Below are positions 13,170 to 27,300 of a stretch of 64,000 nt of DNA, piece by piece. The stretch is from contig OX597816.1 in the NCBI GenBank assembly GCA_951406725.2, positions 34,472,001 through 34,536,000 of the forward strand, written 5' to 3'. Position numbers and translations under genes: made by a program. This DNA is from Octopus vulgaris (Eukaryota). Within the stretch, counting starts at the first letter, position 1. The number at the start of each line of letters is the position of its first letter. The notes below the pieces were generated by a model. The model was not told where the DNA came from. It did no database searches and worked only from the letters and a program-made list of their open reading frames with translations.

Positions 13170-14040
13170 CGAAGGTAAGTAACAACAATGAATCCACATC
13201 TATGCTGTTTTCTTCTGCTCTAATGTTGTGTTCGCATCCAATAAGTCCTCTTCCCTGTATTTTTCTTGGTACATACAGTCAATCAGTGTCACTCTTTCGG
13301 TGGAGTATTCCAGATCTAGTTAGTAACACACAGAATGAAACCGCCCAGGTGGTGATGGCTTCAATCTTATTCCGTCCGTTTAATTTCGACTTAAGGATCA
13401 GCCTCCCAAGTAATCTCCCTTAAATTTTCCTTTCATTTCTTTCTGCATCAATTTATCCATCTCTAAAATCCCAAAGTATATATAGCCCGTGTCTTCTATT
13501 TGCTTCATAACTTTCCCCGACGATATTGTTAGCCCGTACATACATTTGATCTTGCATCTTTGCAAGTCTAACACACCACACTTTCTCAGTTCGAATTCCA
13601 TTGTGAAATCATCACTGGAACTATTCACCGTATCAAAGCGGGAACTGACTTGGTATTCGTATTTACCATAAATTTTGAGGTCATCTATGAATAACAAATG
13701 GTTGACTTTTTGTTGGCGGCTCTTGAACACATACCTAGCTTTCTTTCCTTTAGAATCAGTGTTATTGGTATCAAACACACTACAAAGTTCAGTGGTGCCA
13801 GGCAGCCCGCTTGTAACATGCCCCTCCTAATTTCTATTATCCATAAATTTCTGTATGCTGTCAGGTCTGTCCTCCAATTCGCCATACATTTTCCAAGAAA
13901 TCGCTCAACATTCGATGCAATACCAAATAGTTTCCTACATTCCATAATCCAAGAGTATAGTATCATAACGTACGCCTTACGATAGTCGATCCATGACATG
14001 GCTAAGTCACTTTTCTTCCTCTTGCAGTCTCTAAGTGCAG
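13170..14040 (-). pseudogene. Old R4/Dong-clade RT relic (frameshifted)
   Basis: MSWIDYRKAY, IRRGMLQAGCLAPLNF, NHLLFIDDLKIYGK, YIYFGILE, LNGRNKI, LYVPRKIQGRGLI. Confidence 0.85.
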
Positions 14041-14114
14041 TTGAAGCTGAATGCTGGAAAGTGGCAGCGACAGTAGCAAAATATCTTCATGTAATACAAC
14101 ACATACATTTAAAC

Positions 14115-14486
14115 TTATAGCGTTTTTCTCATCATATGGTCAGTACTAGTACACACAATCATGTGGTTCTTTTTTAGACATGGTTCTCCTGGGTTATAAT
14201 CTCGATGTTTCTGACATTCCTTTTTAATCATACCTAGGTCGCCTGCAAAAGCAGGAACAGTCCTCACTTTAAGATGCGGCATCTTTGGTATTTCAATTTC
14301 CAGGCCCTTACATTTACTTAATTTGTCAAATTCCTTTACAGATGTAATTGTATCACTGGGAAACCTTATATCTATTAGTCTTCAAGTATTTTCTTCCCTG
14401 TCTTTACAAATTATATCTGGTTGATTATCCTCGATTGTTTTGTCAATGTTGACTGGAAAATCCCAGTGGGTAGTGACATTTTTACC
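14115..14486 (-). pseudogene. R4/Dong-clade RLE C-terminal relic
   Basis: Hand translation HWDFPVNIDKTIEDNQPDIICKD...IDIRFPSD...KEFDKLSKCKGLEIEI...GDLGMIKK...HMMRKTL* aligns with the C-terminus of the young element. Confidence 0.85.
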
Positions 14487-14538
14487 TTTTGCTTTTGAAT
14501 TTATTATTAAATTCCTATGATTCGGCCCAATGCAAGTG

Positions 14539-14716
14539 AGGGGTGCGGTCCCCTTTTATACCCTTCTCAATTATACCGGGTAAAGGGAAAGGGTATTGAA
14601 AAACCTCTCCCCTACACTCTCTCCTCTTCTGACCATACTCTCCCCTACACTCTCACCTCTTCTGACCATACTCTCCCCTACACTCTCTCCTCTTCTGACC
14701 ATACTCTCCCTTACAT
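14539..14716 (+). repeat. Dispersed repeat with internal 33-bp minisatellite (about 3.3 units, 14605-14715)
   Basis: Unit ctctcccctacactctctcctcttctgaccata; the leader ggggtgcggtcccctttt...gggtattgaaaa recurs at 18739. Confidence 0.85.
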
Positions 14717-15099
14717 CTAGAATCACATGAGTGGCCAAATCTCCCCCGACTGTAACTTTCATAAATACTTAATATTCAATTTTTATTATTCATTCCAATT
14801 ATAAGTTTTTAATAATTAAATGGTGTGAGATAAAATCACAGATTTTTTCAACATTTGTCTATATATAAGCGAAGCCTCATATAAAATATGTTTTTTCTGT
14901 TAGCCTCAGAATTGAATGATTTTGATTTACTGTCAGCTGACATTTGGCCAATCCTGTATATATATGCATGGATTTGTACATGTATGTGCGCGCGTGTGTG
15001 TATAGATGTGTGCATATTTGATTGCGCACACATTTGTGGCGACAAATGTTGAGGGTTACGCGGGATTCACAAGTTCGTAGGATTAGTCTGCAGTCTGCA

Positions 15100-15790
15100 T
15101 AAGCAGTCGTGGTTAGTAGAACTGTCCTTGTGTTGTTGGGCAGCTAGTGCTGAGTATCGGCCGATGCTCAGTTGGCATACTTATATTGTCGACAGACAAT
15201 CGTTTGAAGTTCAACATCAAAGCTCACATCTCACTTTTACCATTAGATAGTTCGAATTTCTTGGTGAGAGATACTGTAAGTTGGAGGAAAATATGCAGTC
15301 TTACACGGAGACAGTGCTGGATGTGCAGGTGGGCTCCTGTGAATGATAGTTCGTTTGATGATAACGCTTTCGTTCTGAAGAACGTAGAATCTGAGAAAAA
15401 TGGGATACGTGACGTAGTTCTCTCTATCCGTGAACCTAAGCGTTTGCATGTCCTATGTGCAACTTCCCTTGACGTTATGTGGGTAGAAGAGGTTATAGTA
15501 CTTGACGCTTCTGTGCAAATGCTTCTTAATCAAAGACATGAACTTTCTGGTTACGTAGGTAAAAGCTGTTTCATTAAGGGTAAGTTGAACTTTTTTCGGG
15601 TGCGGAGCAGGTGAGATTGGGGTTACTCCACATATATTGGCTTCTCGGTAACCCCAATGTGACATCGTAATGATGGGCGTCATTTTTGAAAATCTCCCAA
15701 ACAGCTGAAAGGTTGGATATTCTTCTCTTATGTGCCTCAAACTAGGTTTCTAATAATATGATGGGAGGGGTGATTTGAGTTTCTAAAGAT
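15100..15790 (-). pseudogene. Degraded Penelope-like element (thumb/linker/GIY-YIG region), probably the same type as 49455-50850
   Basis: TYVTRKFMSLIKKHL...YYNLFYPHNVKGSC resembles the PLE linker KF..LI.KHF...IFN.N.VK.SYSC. Confidence 0.5.
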
Positions 15791-16132
15791 ACACATGGTT
15801 TCTTCGTTATGTATTTTGTAAAGATAAACTTATCTTCTAAAAAGCTGACGATGGATAAGTTGTACTCACTGTTATTCACACGCCGAATCTTTCAATATTT
15901 TTATCAGTTTCTTCCTAAATTTGTCCATCGTTTCGGCATTCAAATGGCTTCAAACTGTCAGGCCGTTGTCCCTGAAAAGGACCTATGTATGTATGTTCGT
16001 GCATTTCTTGGGTTACACGGGATTCTTCTTTAGAGAAAATAAATAACCCGAAGATCTCACAGTCATAACATAGCTCCAATCGAAACGTCTAACAATGATT
16101 CACACACTCTATTTCTCTCTCTCTCTCTCTCG

Positions 16133-16166
<34 letters not shown>

Positions 16167-16177
16167 ATATGTATATC

Positions 16178-16220
<43 letters not shown>

Positions 16221-16252
16221 ATTAATATGTATATATGTGTATATTCATACAT

Positions 16253-16485
16253 AGGGCAGCGAGCTGGTAGAAACGTTAGCACGCCAGGAGAAATGCTTAG
16301 CGGTATTTCGTTTGTAGTTACGTTCTCAGTTCAATTTCCGCCGAGGTCGACATTGCCTTTCATCCTTTCGGGGTTGATAAATAAAGTACCAGTTTCGCAC
16401 TGGGGTCGATATAATCAACTTGATCCCTTTGTCTGTCCTTTTTTTGTCCCCTCTATGTTTAGCCCATTGTGTGTAGTAAAGAAAT
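16253..16485 (+). mobile_element. SINE family B (well preserved)
   Basis: ggcagcgagctggtagaaacgttagc...cagttcaatttccgccgaggtcgacattgcctttcatcctttcggggttgataaataaagtaccag. Confidence 0.8.
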
Positions 16486-16980
16486 ATACATGTGTATATT
16501 CATACATATATATATGTGTGTGTGTGCGTATATATACGCTCCAGGTATCTGAGTCAGGTAAGTTTGTAAGCATCAAGCAATACGCAGACAATATATAGAA
16601 CAAGAAATGGAGAATATACGATTTGATGAATAACAATATATTGGCACCTAAAGTTACACATTTTTACCCACATGGATGTTGCAAAGAAATTCGATCAACT
16701 GGTTTCTTTACAGTTCACTGTTGTTCTGTAATGATGTTGAAAATTTGAATAAAATTCCAAATTGAGGAAGTGCAACAGACTCAATATACGGTACATATGC
16801 TTTTAACTAGCGGAAGCTCATTATGGATGTGTTATGCATAAAACTTGCATAATCAGCTTCAGCTAGTGAACAAACACATGTAGCCTATATTTTTACCTCC
16901 ATCACACCTTCGATTTATGTGTGTGTATTTGCTTGTGCGTACATGCGTGTGTGTGTTTATTCGTCCGTGTTTGTGTCTGC

Positions 16981-17018
<38 letters not shown>

Positions 17019-17241
17019 GTATGTTCGTGTGTTTGTTTCTGCGTGCATGTGTGTGCGTTCGTTAAAATATATTTGGAACTACATTTTTTTCCCACAATTT
17101 TGCTAAAAGTAAATATCCAATATAAAATTAGAAATTCTCCTTTAAAAAAATTACTTTCCCAAACGAAAACAAACCAGATTATCACAAGATATTATCATTA
17201 ATAATTTTCACATTACAGTTACAAAAATAGCTAGAACAATT

Positions 17242-17500
17242 CAGCACAACACGGACATACTCAATCACGTATATACACACATCCACACATACACAGACAC
17301 ACACGCACTCATACAATTAATTTAAACAACCAGCACAACACTGACATACTCAATCACGTATATACACATCCACACATACACAGACACACACGCACTCATA
17401 CAATTAATTTAAACAACCAGCACAACACTGACATACTCAATCACGTATATACACATCCACACATACACAGACACACACGCACTCATACAATTAATTTAAA
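17242..17500 (+). repeat. Tandem repeat, 3 x 87-89 bp
   Basis: Units start at 17242, 17331 and 17418 (cagcacaacactgacatactcaatcacg...caattaatttaaa). Confidence 0.95.
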
Positions 17501-18279
17501 TGCCTACCAAAATAATTTCATAGATTGTATTTTCGACATCTGGGCAAAATGACAACTAAGCAGAAAATTTTGAGTCAAACAGCTAAACCAAATTTATTGC
17601 AGTTGATAAAAAAAAAGTGTCCACCTTGACCTGTCATCAATCTTAACATCCGAAAGAAAGTTTCCCTTTTTTCTTTCTTGCTTTCTTTTTGTCATCCTTT
17701 CTTCCTTTCTTTGTTTCATTCTTTCTTTCTCTTTCACTTTCACTCTTTCCCTCCTATTTCTTTTTCCTTGCTTCAAAACTCACAGCATATATACTTACGA
17801 ACTCATCACTCATACATAGACGACTATATATGTATGTGTGTATGTACGTGTATGTGTCTGTGAGTGTCTGTGTGTGTAGAATGTTGAAAAGTGAGAAACA
17901 AGTTGATATGTATACGGAAAATAAGACAGGGTAGAAAATGCTATAATATTTATTATCATTAAATACATTTTGTTATGGATAGTACCGGTTTTTGCCATTT
18001 CGACTTTTTCAACTAAGAGTAAAACAAAGGTGAATATTAATTAAGAAGAAAAGGAATTAAGTTCAGGAAAAACAGTTAATGAAATGTTTTGTAAATATTT
18101 CCATAGTTTTCAAATAGGTAAGACATGTTCCTCTTTTCTGAATTTTTTCCTTTGTGAAGTCTCGTGAAATACGTCGGTAGTATGAGATCTGAAAATCGTG
18201 TTTTTGTGTGCAGAAATGAATTTGTTTCTGACGTTTGATGGTTTAAGCAGTAGGAACAGCCGAAGTAAGAGAAGGCGAT

Positions 18280-18381
18280 GAAGAAGAAGAAGAAGAAGAA
18301 GAAGAAGAAGAAGAAGAAGAAGAAGAAGAAGAAGAAGAAGAAGAAGAAGAAGAAGAAGAAGAAGAAGAAGAAGAAGAAGAA
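18280..18381. repeat. (GAA)n microsatellite
   Basis: Direct reading. Confidence 0.97.
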
Positions 18382-18737
18382 GGAGACGGGAATGGTATAA
18401 CCCAGTAGTAGAGGCTATCCGTGGAATCTACTTTAAAGAACAAGCAGCCTCAAAGTGACCTGTTGAAGTTGCATCAGCAGTATTAGTAGAAACTGTTCTG
18501 GATAGATTCGTGAATAACCACTGTTACTAAAAATATCTATCGATTTTAATATTTCCGTGATTATTATTCTAAAACCCATGTTGTTGTGTAATCTGCGATG
18601 GAAGCATTCAAAAAGGGGTATTTTTTCGATCGAATATGATTCTTTGCTAATGCACTGATCATAGATTGCATGGTCCCTATATTTTTGTACAGTAATATTA
18701 GCCGGGAAACGGAGAGCGACGCTTTCCTCTTCTAGTT

Positions 18738-18873
18738 AGGGGTGCGGTCCCCTTTTATCCCCTTCTCAATTATACCGGGTAAAGGGAAAGGGTATTGAAA
18801 AACTTCTGTCCTACACACTCTCCTCTTCTGACCATACTCTCCCCTACACTCTCTCCTCTTCTGACCATACTCT
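18738..18873 (+). repeat. Second copy of the 33-bp-minisatellite dispersed repeat (2 units)
   Basis: Matches 14539-14680. Confidence 0.85.
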
Positions 18874-19046
18874 ATAACCCACCTATTCCTCACCTGTCAT
18901 GGTATTCTTTCGTTACCTGGAGAGCAGAAGCTGAAATGGAGGAGAAAGTGAAAGACAGGAGAAAGTGAAAGAGACGTAGGGTGAATGTGTGAGTGAGTGA
19001 GTGACCGAAGGCGTGTTGTTATGTATGTGTAAGTGTCACGGACCCC

Positions 19047-19080
<34 letters not shown>

Positions 19081-20321
19081 TTTTCACACGCAAACGGGCT
19101 CATACATACAAAACAAGAAGCAGGAACCTGCATGTATGTATGTACTTAGATATGGAAGATGTATGCGTGTGTATGAGAGCGGCAGTGAGTGCCATTTCCA
19201 CATACTCGCAAAAGAATAAATACATGACAACACACATTCACTCATTCACTCTCTCTCTCTTGCACACACACACACACACATATGAAAAACATGGATGTAT
19301 ATGTATTTATGTATGCACATGTATATGAAAGATAGTGTATTTGTGTGAGAAAGAGAGCGTGAGTGTCACTTATATATACATGAGAATGCACACATTCACT
19401 CACTGTCTCACTCACACGACCCCTATATTCTGCATTACTATTCCTCGCGCTTTCCATTCCGTTGTTGCTTTTATTCAACTTATAAAGCAAATATGCTGAT
19501 TATGCCCCTTTGTGACTTCCATTGTAGCTTTGAAAAACATGACTGTTAAAATCGAACTCCACTCTTCAAAATTTACAAGTTGATGCAGGTAGTTTAACCC
19601 GTTCATGTAATAGAACAAAACCCGCATCACTTATATTATGACACAGATATATAGATAGATGAGAAACACTTCCCTGTATTGAAAGTGGAAGCTATTTTCA
19701 CTTTCTTATGAAACCTGGTTGTTGTAGAGGAGTGTCTTTCAAATAACTAAAGCTGGTTATTGAGATAACGTAGAAAATATGTAAATGAAATGAAAGTCTT
19801 TTTGGCTACCAAAAGATTACTGAATCTTTTGGTACCTCATACGTCACAATCCGCAACTCATTTTCGAATATATATGGAACATACGCACATACACACATAC
19901 ACACTCTCTTCTACATGTATAGATATATATATATATCTACACATAGGGGCAAGTAGTTAAATGTTTCCGTATAAGATTAGACGTATTATATTTACACATG
20001 ATGGAGGGAAATCCACAATATGATTAGAAGTAATGTAATATTTTCAGGAAATTGAATAACACTTAATAACGATATTTTCTGTATAGTAAATCTATTTAAC
20101 TTTCAGGACTCAGCCTTCTGAATGTTTTACAATGCCCACACATTTCTTTCAAACGGCATCCTAAAGAGATTTGCGAAAATCACCGATTGTTTCAACCTCG
20201 TCGAGTTTGGAGGTTTTACTGAGCAACGGGCACTGCATTTCGCTTTTCTAGTTGAATAACAGAAAACAAGGGTATTGCATGTAAAGCAAACAAAACAACG
20301 TGTACACATATAATTCGCAAT

Positions 20322-21025
20322 CGTGGCTGTGTGGTTAGAAGCTGTCTTCCCAACTATATGGTTCAGGATTCAGTTCCACTCCATTGCACTTTGCGCAACT
20401 ACTTTTTACTATATCCTTTGGTCGACTAAAATTTTTAGAATGGATGTGGTATACGGAAACTAAAGGAAGCTCATCGAATATTTCAATTTTTTAGCGCCTT
20501 AATGTTTTTTCTTTTTTTTGTGGGGGGGAGGAGAAGGAATCTTTACCTTTGTAACTCATTCTAGCGGTCGCTCTTGCCGAAACAACATCGGTTGTCAAGC
20601 GGTGATGGCTTGACAAACGTAGACACAAAACACACACACATAAATATATACATGTATATATACAACGGGCTTCTTTCAGTTTCCGTCTACAAAATCCACT
20701 CAAAAAGGTTTGGTCAGCCCGAGGCTATAATAGAAGCCTTTCAAAGTGACACGGAGGGGCACTAAACCCGGAAAGATGTGGATGGGAAGATATTTGTGTC
20801 TCTTTGCCTGTGTTTGTCCTCCACCACAATCACCACCGCTTGACAACCGGTGCTGGTGTGTTTACGACCCCGTAATATAGCGTTTCGGCAGAAGTGATTG
20901 ATAGAATTAGTATCACGCTTAAAAAGAAAAAGAAATGTATTTGGGTTGATTCGTTGGAATAAAATTATTCAATGTGTTGCTCCAGCAAGACCGCCTTCCA
21001 ATGGCTGGAACAAATAAAAAAAAAA
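20322..21025 (+). mobile_element. Degraded SINE family A split by a nested antiparallel copy
   Basis: Head at 20322-20480 and tail at 20795-21025 are both on the plus strand. Confidence 0.7.
20545..20790 (-). mobile_element. SINE family A, nested, minus strand
   Basis: catcggttgtcaagcg...acgggcttctttcagtttccgtctac...cccgaggctata is the reverse complement of the family A consensus. Confidence 0.75.
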
Positions 21026-21930
21026 GGATACTTCATATAATATAATCATACATCAATACAGGTTCCGCTGCACATGCATATGAATATCTGCGTGTGGTGT
21101 GTGTGTATGTGTAAGTATATAAACCACGGGATTCGTACATACACAGAACTCCATACACAGCTGAGACACAAATGCACGCGCACATGTAATAAACAGCATT
21201 TCATAAAACAATATATCATAATGTATAATTAGGTATTATTAAATTTTATATTCCATCATTTTTAAATTCGTACATTTGGCTCCACTATAGTACCAAAGAG
21301 TTTCAATATATAGAGGTGAATTTGCTGCTGCTTGAAGGATAAGGTTATAATGGTATAAGGTTGCAAATCTAAGTCTGTACAGTAAGGCATTTATGTGTAA
21401 ATGTATGGTTTTCAAATAGTAAGTTGAAGAGTGTTAGGTCAGGGACTGAAGTGGCAGGTTAAGATTTCTGAACTGTTGAATGCCCCGCAGAAATTGATAC
21501 ACAGATACATTTGTGGAATATAATAGATAGATACGTAGAATTGAGAGTATTGCGAATAAAGGAAGAATGAGGTGGCCAGGTTACAAGTTAAGGAGTGGTT
21601 AAATGAACTTTGGTTCCAGGCAACTCATAAATATTTACGTGCTTAGGCCTTCAAATACTAGATACAGCAAAAGGGTTTAAAATTCAATAATGTTATAGCT
21701 TATACAAACACGCGCAGCATACATGCACGCTTACATGGCAGATATAAATGAATGTGTGTGTGTGTATGTGTGTCTGCTTATATGTGCAGGTAGTTTTAAG
21801 ATATGATAGATGTAAATATGTTCAGCATTTTCTGTTTCACCCGCATCATATAGATAGAAGATTAAATTTAACGTACAAATATATTCACCTTATATTCTAC
21901 AGAGCTAATATCATTTCATATTGCGAATGC

Positions 21931-22071
<141 letters not shown>

Positions 22072-25000
22072 CATATATACGTAAATACACATATGTATGC
22101 ATACATAGAAAAGCGTAACAAATACATGCATATTAAATAATGAAAGTTTGGTTGTTATTGCAATAGATAAAAAGAGTTTTCAATATAGAGGGCGCGAAAG
22201 AAGTTATGAGGAATCGGTTAATATTTGTGTGATCAGGAAATCTTTTGATGATGCCATATCACGTTCTTAGTCAACGATTCTTCCCACCGAGTAAATAGAC
22301 GAATAGGTGCATAACAATATGTACGCACACAACACACGCACTTAATGCACTTATATATACATATATAAAACACACACACATGCACACACACTCTCACACA
22401 CAGGCACACATACATATACATGCATATTTGTGTGCATATATATACACTGCCATACATTGTCTGAGAACAGCCATTTCTCTCCAATTGTATTTACATAAGT
22501 AAGTATTATATTCGCCCGTTGCATTCAATAGCATTTATGTGTTAAATTAGGCTTTTTATTATTCAGATTGAAATAGGATACGTTACAATGTAAAATGATT
22601 CTGGGCCGTTAATTCTAATAATAACAATGAGAGTAATACTGTGAAATACCTTTTGTGAATGATATTGTACTTAAAATGCCAGAACTGTATTTCGTAGAAA
22701 TGAATTTGTTAGCGCTCATATCCGAAAATATTTTCAAAATGTATCTGGATACAATAGTTATTTTTCTTGCTGTTTTTCTTTATTTTAGTACGTTTTGTGT
22801 TTATTTTCTCTCCACTGAGGTCTGAAACAGAAATCAGTAAATCAGTTTTGAAAGCGCATACAATTCATTACAAATCTCTCTATTTATTACGTTCATAATA
22901 TCTCAGCATTGTATTCATTTCAGACAGGAAGAAGGCAAATAGCGAGTCAGTGGCGTATATTTAACTCATCCTGTTCATTCTGTTTGTTATGATCGAATAT
23001 CTCCTGCGTTCTTATAATTCAATCTGATGTATTAGTCTCTGTGTGTTCAATATAGCAAGAATCGATATGTGAGCAATACTGTGCACACAGTAATGCTAAT
23101 ATTAATGTTTCTGAAATCAATATTTCTTTTGTTGTTTATTTTTCTGTTTTCCTTCTTATTTTTTAATAAATTTTGTATTTGTTTTATTGTTTTATTGTTT
23201 CATTTGTTTCCGCCATTTTTTCCTGTTCACTATTGAGTTTATCCAGAGTTGGTGCAAATATATAATCGGTTTCTCCTGTCGAATTCATTTAGATTACCGG
23301 ATATACACATAGAGTCGGTAAAGTGACTACGTGACACGATGTATTTAGCTCACTGGTAACATGTTCAGCTTTTGCCAATGTTTTCCGGGACGTAAAAGTG
23401 GTTTATAGATGCAATATGCTTGATAGAATCGGCCTCTCCCTCAGAGCTTGGTATCAATGCTTGAAATATTTTTTCAGTTGCACATTTGTATGACAGTACA
23501 GAGATTGTGAAAACTTGGTCATGTATAGAGTATTGTATTCATGCCTTCTGCACATATATGAAATAAAGCTGGCTAACAAAAATGCTTTTTAGAAGCTTAT
23601 AGTAAAACACCTTTCCTTATTATTGCAACATATGACATGGAAGTCTCTATAATTGCAGTCAAAATTGGGAGTGAGTTAAATCATGGACAACGAAGATTAT
23701 CTCTTTGGTTTGTATTCCGTGAAATACAAAATATAAAAAGGAAGATTATGTTGCTTGTTGCTGATGTTTTTAGGCTCTAACCGCCCTGAGCATAGAGAAC
23801 TACGATACATACCATTATTATTACCTTCTTCTAATTGATTGGGGGCGTCAACAGAGTACTTAACATGTACTGCGAATCCTCGGATTATGATTTGAGAAAT
23901 CCTGAGAAAAAGTTTTCTTAAACAACCGATCATATGATGACTCCGTGGTTACTTTGAATGCCGCCTTAAATTTAAATTCAGTTTCATAAAGTGTTTCTCT
24001 TTAGTAAATGATCGAATTATGCACAAAAAGTTTATGATCATTTCATTAATTTCAAGCGACAGTTATAATTCCATGCTCCTCTACAAAAATCGTTTCGTAT
24101 TACCAAATTATGTACATGTACTCTCGCAGTAAATATGGATTTATACAGAACTGTAATAAGAGTAATAAACATATTACTGAACATCGTGCCCCCTGACTGA
24201 AATATATACGGTATCGATGATATAACTTTTTTAAGAATATAGTTTCAAATAGTATCAAAATAAAATGGATGCACGCAATATAAAGCGCAATATAAAGCGT
24301 AATATAAAACACGATTTATATTTTCTAGAATATTCTAGTCCCCGTTTCTAACAAAACGAAATGTACTTCCCTGTAAACTGACAACGTCCATACTTATTTC
24401 TTAAAGCCCACAAGTTAGAAGGAAAGGTGAATTGGTTAAAAGGAATTCTGTTGGACATTCCTACATATCTGATCAACTTTTAAAATAAGAAATATAAGCA
24501 TCTGAACTTCGAAAATAAATGGTTTTACGTAAATTAATTAGTTATATGTTAACCAAGGTTAAACTTTACCTCACATTTGTTAAATCTCAGAGCGAGATGT
24601 AAACAGTAACCGCTCGACAATGTAAGGTATAAAAGCCAAACGCTCAATCTAGTGTTTCCCACTGTACACCTAAATTATATTTCTAAAAAGATTTTATTTT
24701 TCTTGCCATTTTATTAGGTCATTAATTCTATTTTACCTGGCGTACTATGTTCCTTATTCCACGGCTGATTAATTATATTCTAACTGACGTTCTGCTATTT
24801 TGCTACTTTGTTGTGCAAACATTTAATTTCAGTCTGATTCTTACGCTACTGATATCGTACAATTCATTTATAATAATTAAAATTTTAAAATTCCACTTTT
24901 CCTTTTTCTCCTTAATCAAAAGCATGTTATAAATCAGGACGATGCATTCTTGCTCATTCTCAGATTAAGTAGTAGTATGAAGTTGGTTTATCCTTTCAAC

Positions 25001-27051
25001 AGATTCCGTTGTTCGGCTAATACTGCATAGCTTGAGAAAATATGTCCCTAATTGCATTTTAGTAACACTTTGAAACGGTCAAGAAAATTTAATTAATCAC
25101 TCGTAATTTTTTTGTTATTTTTGATTCAGTATAAGAGGTCCATCTAAAAGAAATTACGCGATGAACATATATGAAAACGTTAACTATAGAATACATCGCA
25201 TATCGGAGCATAAAACATTGATCTATTAATACCATTTTTGAAAACTGGTTTTCAATTATTTAAAGATTCATAGAGGTCTGTAAAGACTCAGTTAGTGAGA
25301 GCGAAATTACATTCCCGAGATATACCAAACATTACAGACCCTTCCTAATCACAATCAGTTCATGTCTTGCTAGCAACAATCGTCAATGGATGGACATAGA
25401 CATGTTTAAACCAATGGTAGGGGAAATATTTTGTCTTTGGTTCCACATCTATATTTTTAAACCTTTATGGATAATTTACTTCCTTACTTCTTCCAGAACC
25501 AGCGGTAGCAACCCAGTTTATGGTTTTGTCTGTTACATAATAATCTCTAATACTAAACAAAGACACGTAACCTATCTACTCAATTGTTTGAACCATTGTG
25601 TATTCCAGGACACAGTTTTACTCTGAAGTTTATTATTTGAGTTCATTGTATTAGCTAAGTGTATAGGACATATCATTTAGTTTATCAACTAACTTCTCTT
25701 CTCTCTTCTCGTTGTCTTTGTGAATACAGTAAATGGATACCAGTGTTAGTAAACCTGTGACAGTAAGGTGTGTATGGTTTATCGTGTTGCTGAAAATAAT
25801 GACTTTAAATGAACCTCGACTACAGTACTTATTTTATATTAAAACAGAGAAAGAAAAAAGAGCATTATTTAATTTAGTGTAAGATGAAATTAAAATGTGG
25901 ATTTAAGTTTCAAACACAATCATTGGTAGCAAACAATTGTAAATAAACTTATAATATAGTTTCTCAGATGTATAAATGGCCTTGCATACAAATCGAGAGG
26001 GAATAATATAGACTGTACACTTATGCTCATACAGATAACATAGCATACAAATATATTATGCCATGGCTGGCATGATTGGACAAACAATCACTTAAAATAC
26101 GTTATACTACTTCAGTGTAATCTTACACATCTTACTACACATCTGATAATATTTTATTGAACTACTATTCTAATGCCTTTAGACATTTTACATATGGTTC
26201 ATATTTTTCCGTTATCAGATTCATGCAGTTTGTACCGGGTATTCAAATCCAGCGTAGCTTAACCAGTTTATTATATCAGAAAGACACATTTCCAATTAGG
26301 AGCCATTATAGAAATTTCCATTCTTTCAAATTTCTGTATATCGTATTTGTCATATCTGGTAATTTAGGTCAGATATACAGTTCTTTTATATTATATTCAA
26401 GGAAAATATAATATAGGTTATTCGGATGTGTATTAATGTTGCCAAAACAACTATACATTGTTATTATTGAATAGTGAACTCCATAATCTTTTTAATGATA
26501 TTCAGTATTTGATCTTAAGGCGATTTGATATTGTTTGGGTATATATGTTCTCATTAAAGCAAGTCTGAGAAAGCAAGTTTTGGAACTAAAATACATGGTG
26601 CAAATTTAAGGAAAATTGATCGTTTGTCACCAACATATGAAGTTGCACTCTTAATTTTAGCAAATAAAAGAATAGTAGGCGTTTTCAAAAGTAAATGATT
26701 ATAGTCATTTTAAGAACATCTCATTTACTGTTTCCATGTTACCAAAGGTTGATCATTAACGTTGTGTCAATAGAATATTAACGGTTAACAAGACCTAAAA
26801 TGCATTAAGTGTTTTTGAAAATTATAAATGATTGGCAAACTAATTCGCATTAAAAGTAGCGCAATTTTTGCCAATTTCCTGTTCTATTGAATGCTTCATT
26901 GATCTCCTCTCCTTGACCTGGTAACTTTTCTCGTTCACATTGTTTTCCTTCCACACAACGACACGCACTGATACACATGCATATGTATAATCAAAAATAC
27001 CCACAGGCACATGCATATACTTATATATATATATACACACACACACACATG

Positions 27052-27089
<38 letters not shown>

Positions 27090-27122
27090 CATACATATGT
27101 GTATACATACATATGTGTATAC

Positions 27123-27157
<35 letters not shown>

Positions 27158-27231
27158 AATGTATGTATACACACACACACATATATATATATATGTATCT
27201 ATATCTATCTATCTATCTATCTCTCCATGTA

Positions 27232-27300
<69 letters not shown>

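Noticed and set aside
14605-14715. 33-bp repeats as a possible CRISPR array
   Set aside because: Head-to-tail units without unique spacers; eukaryotic context with no cas genes.
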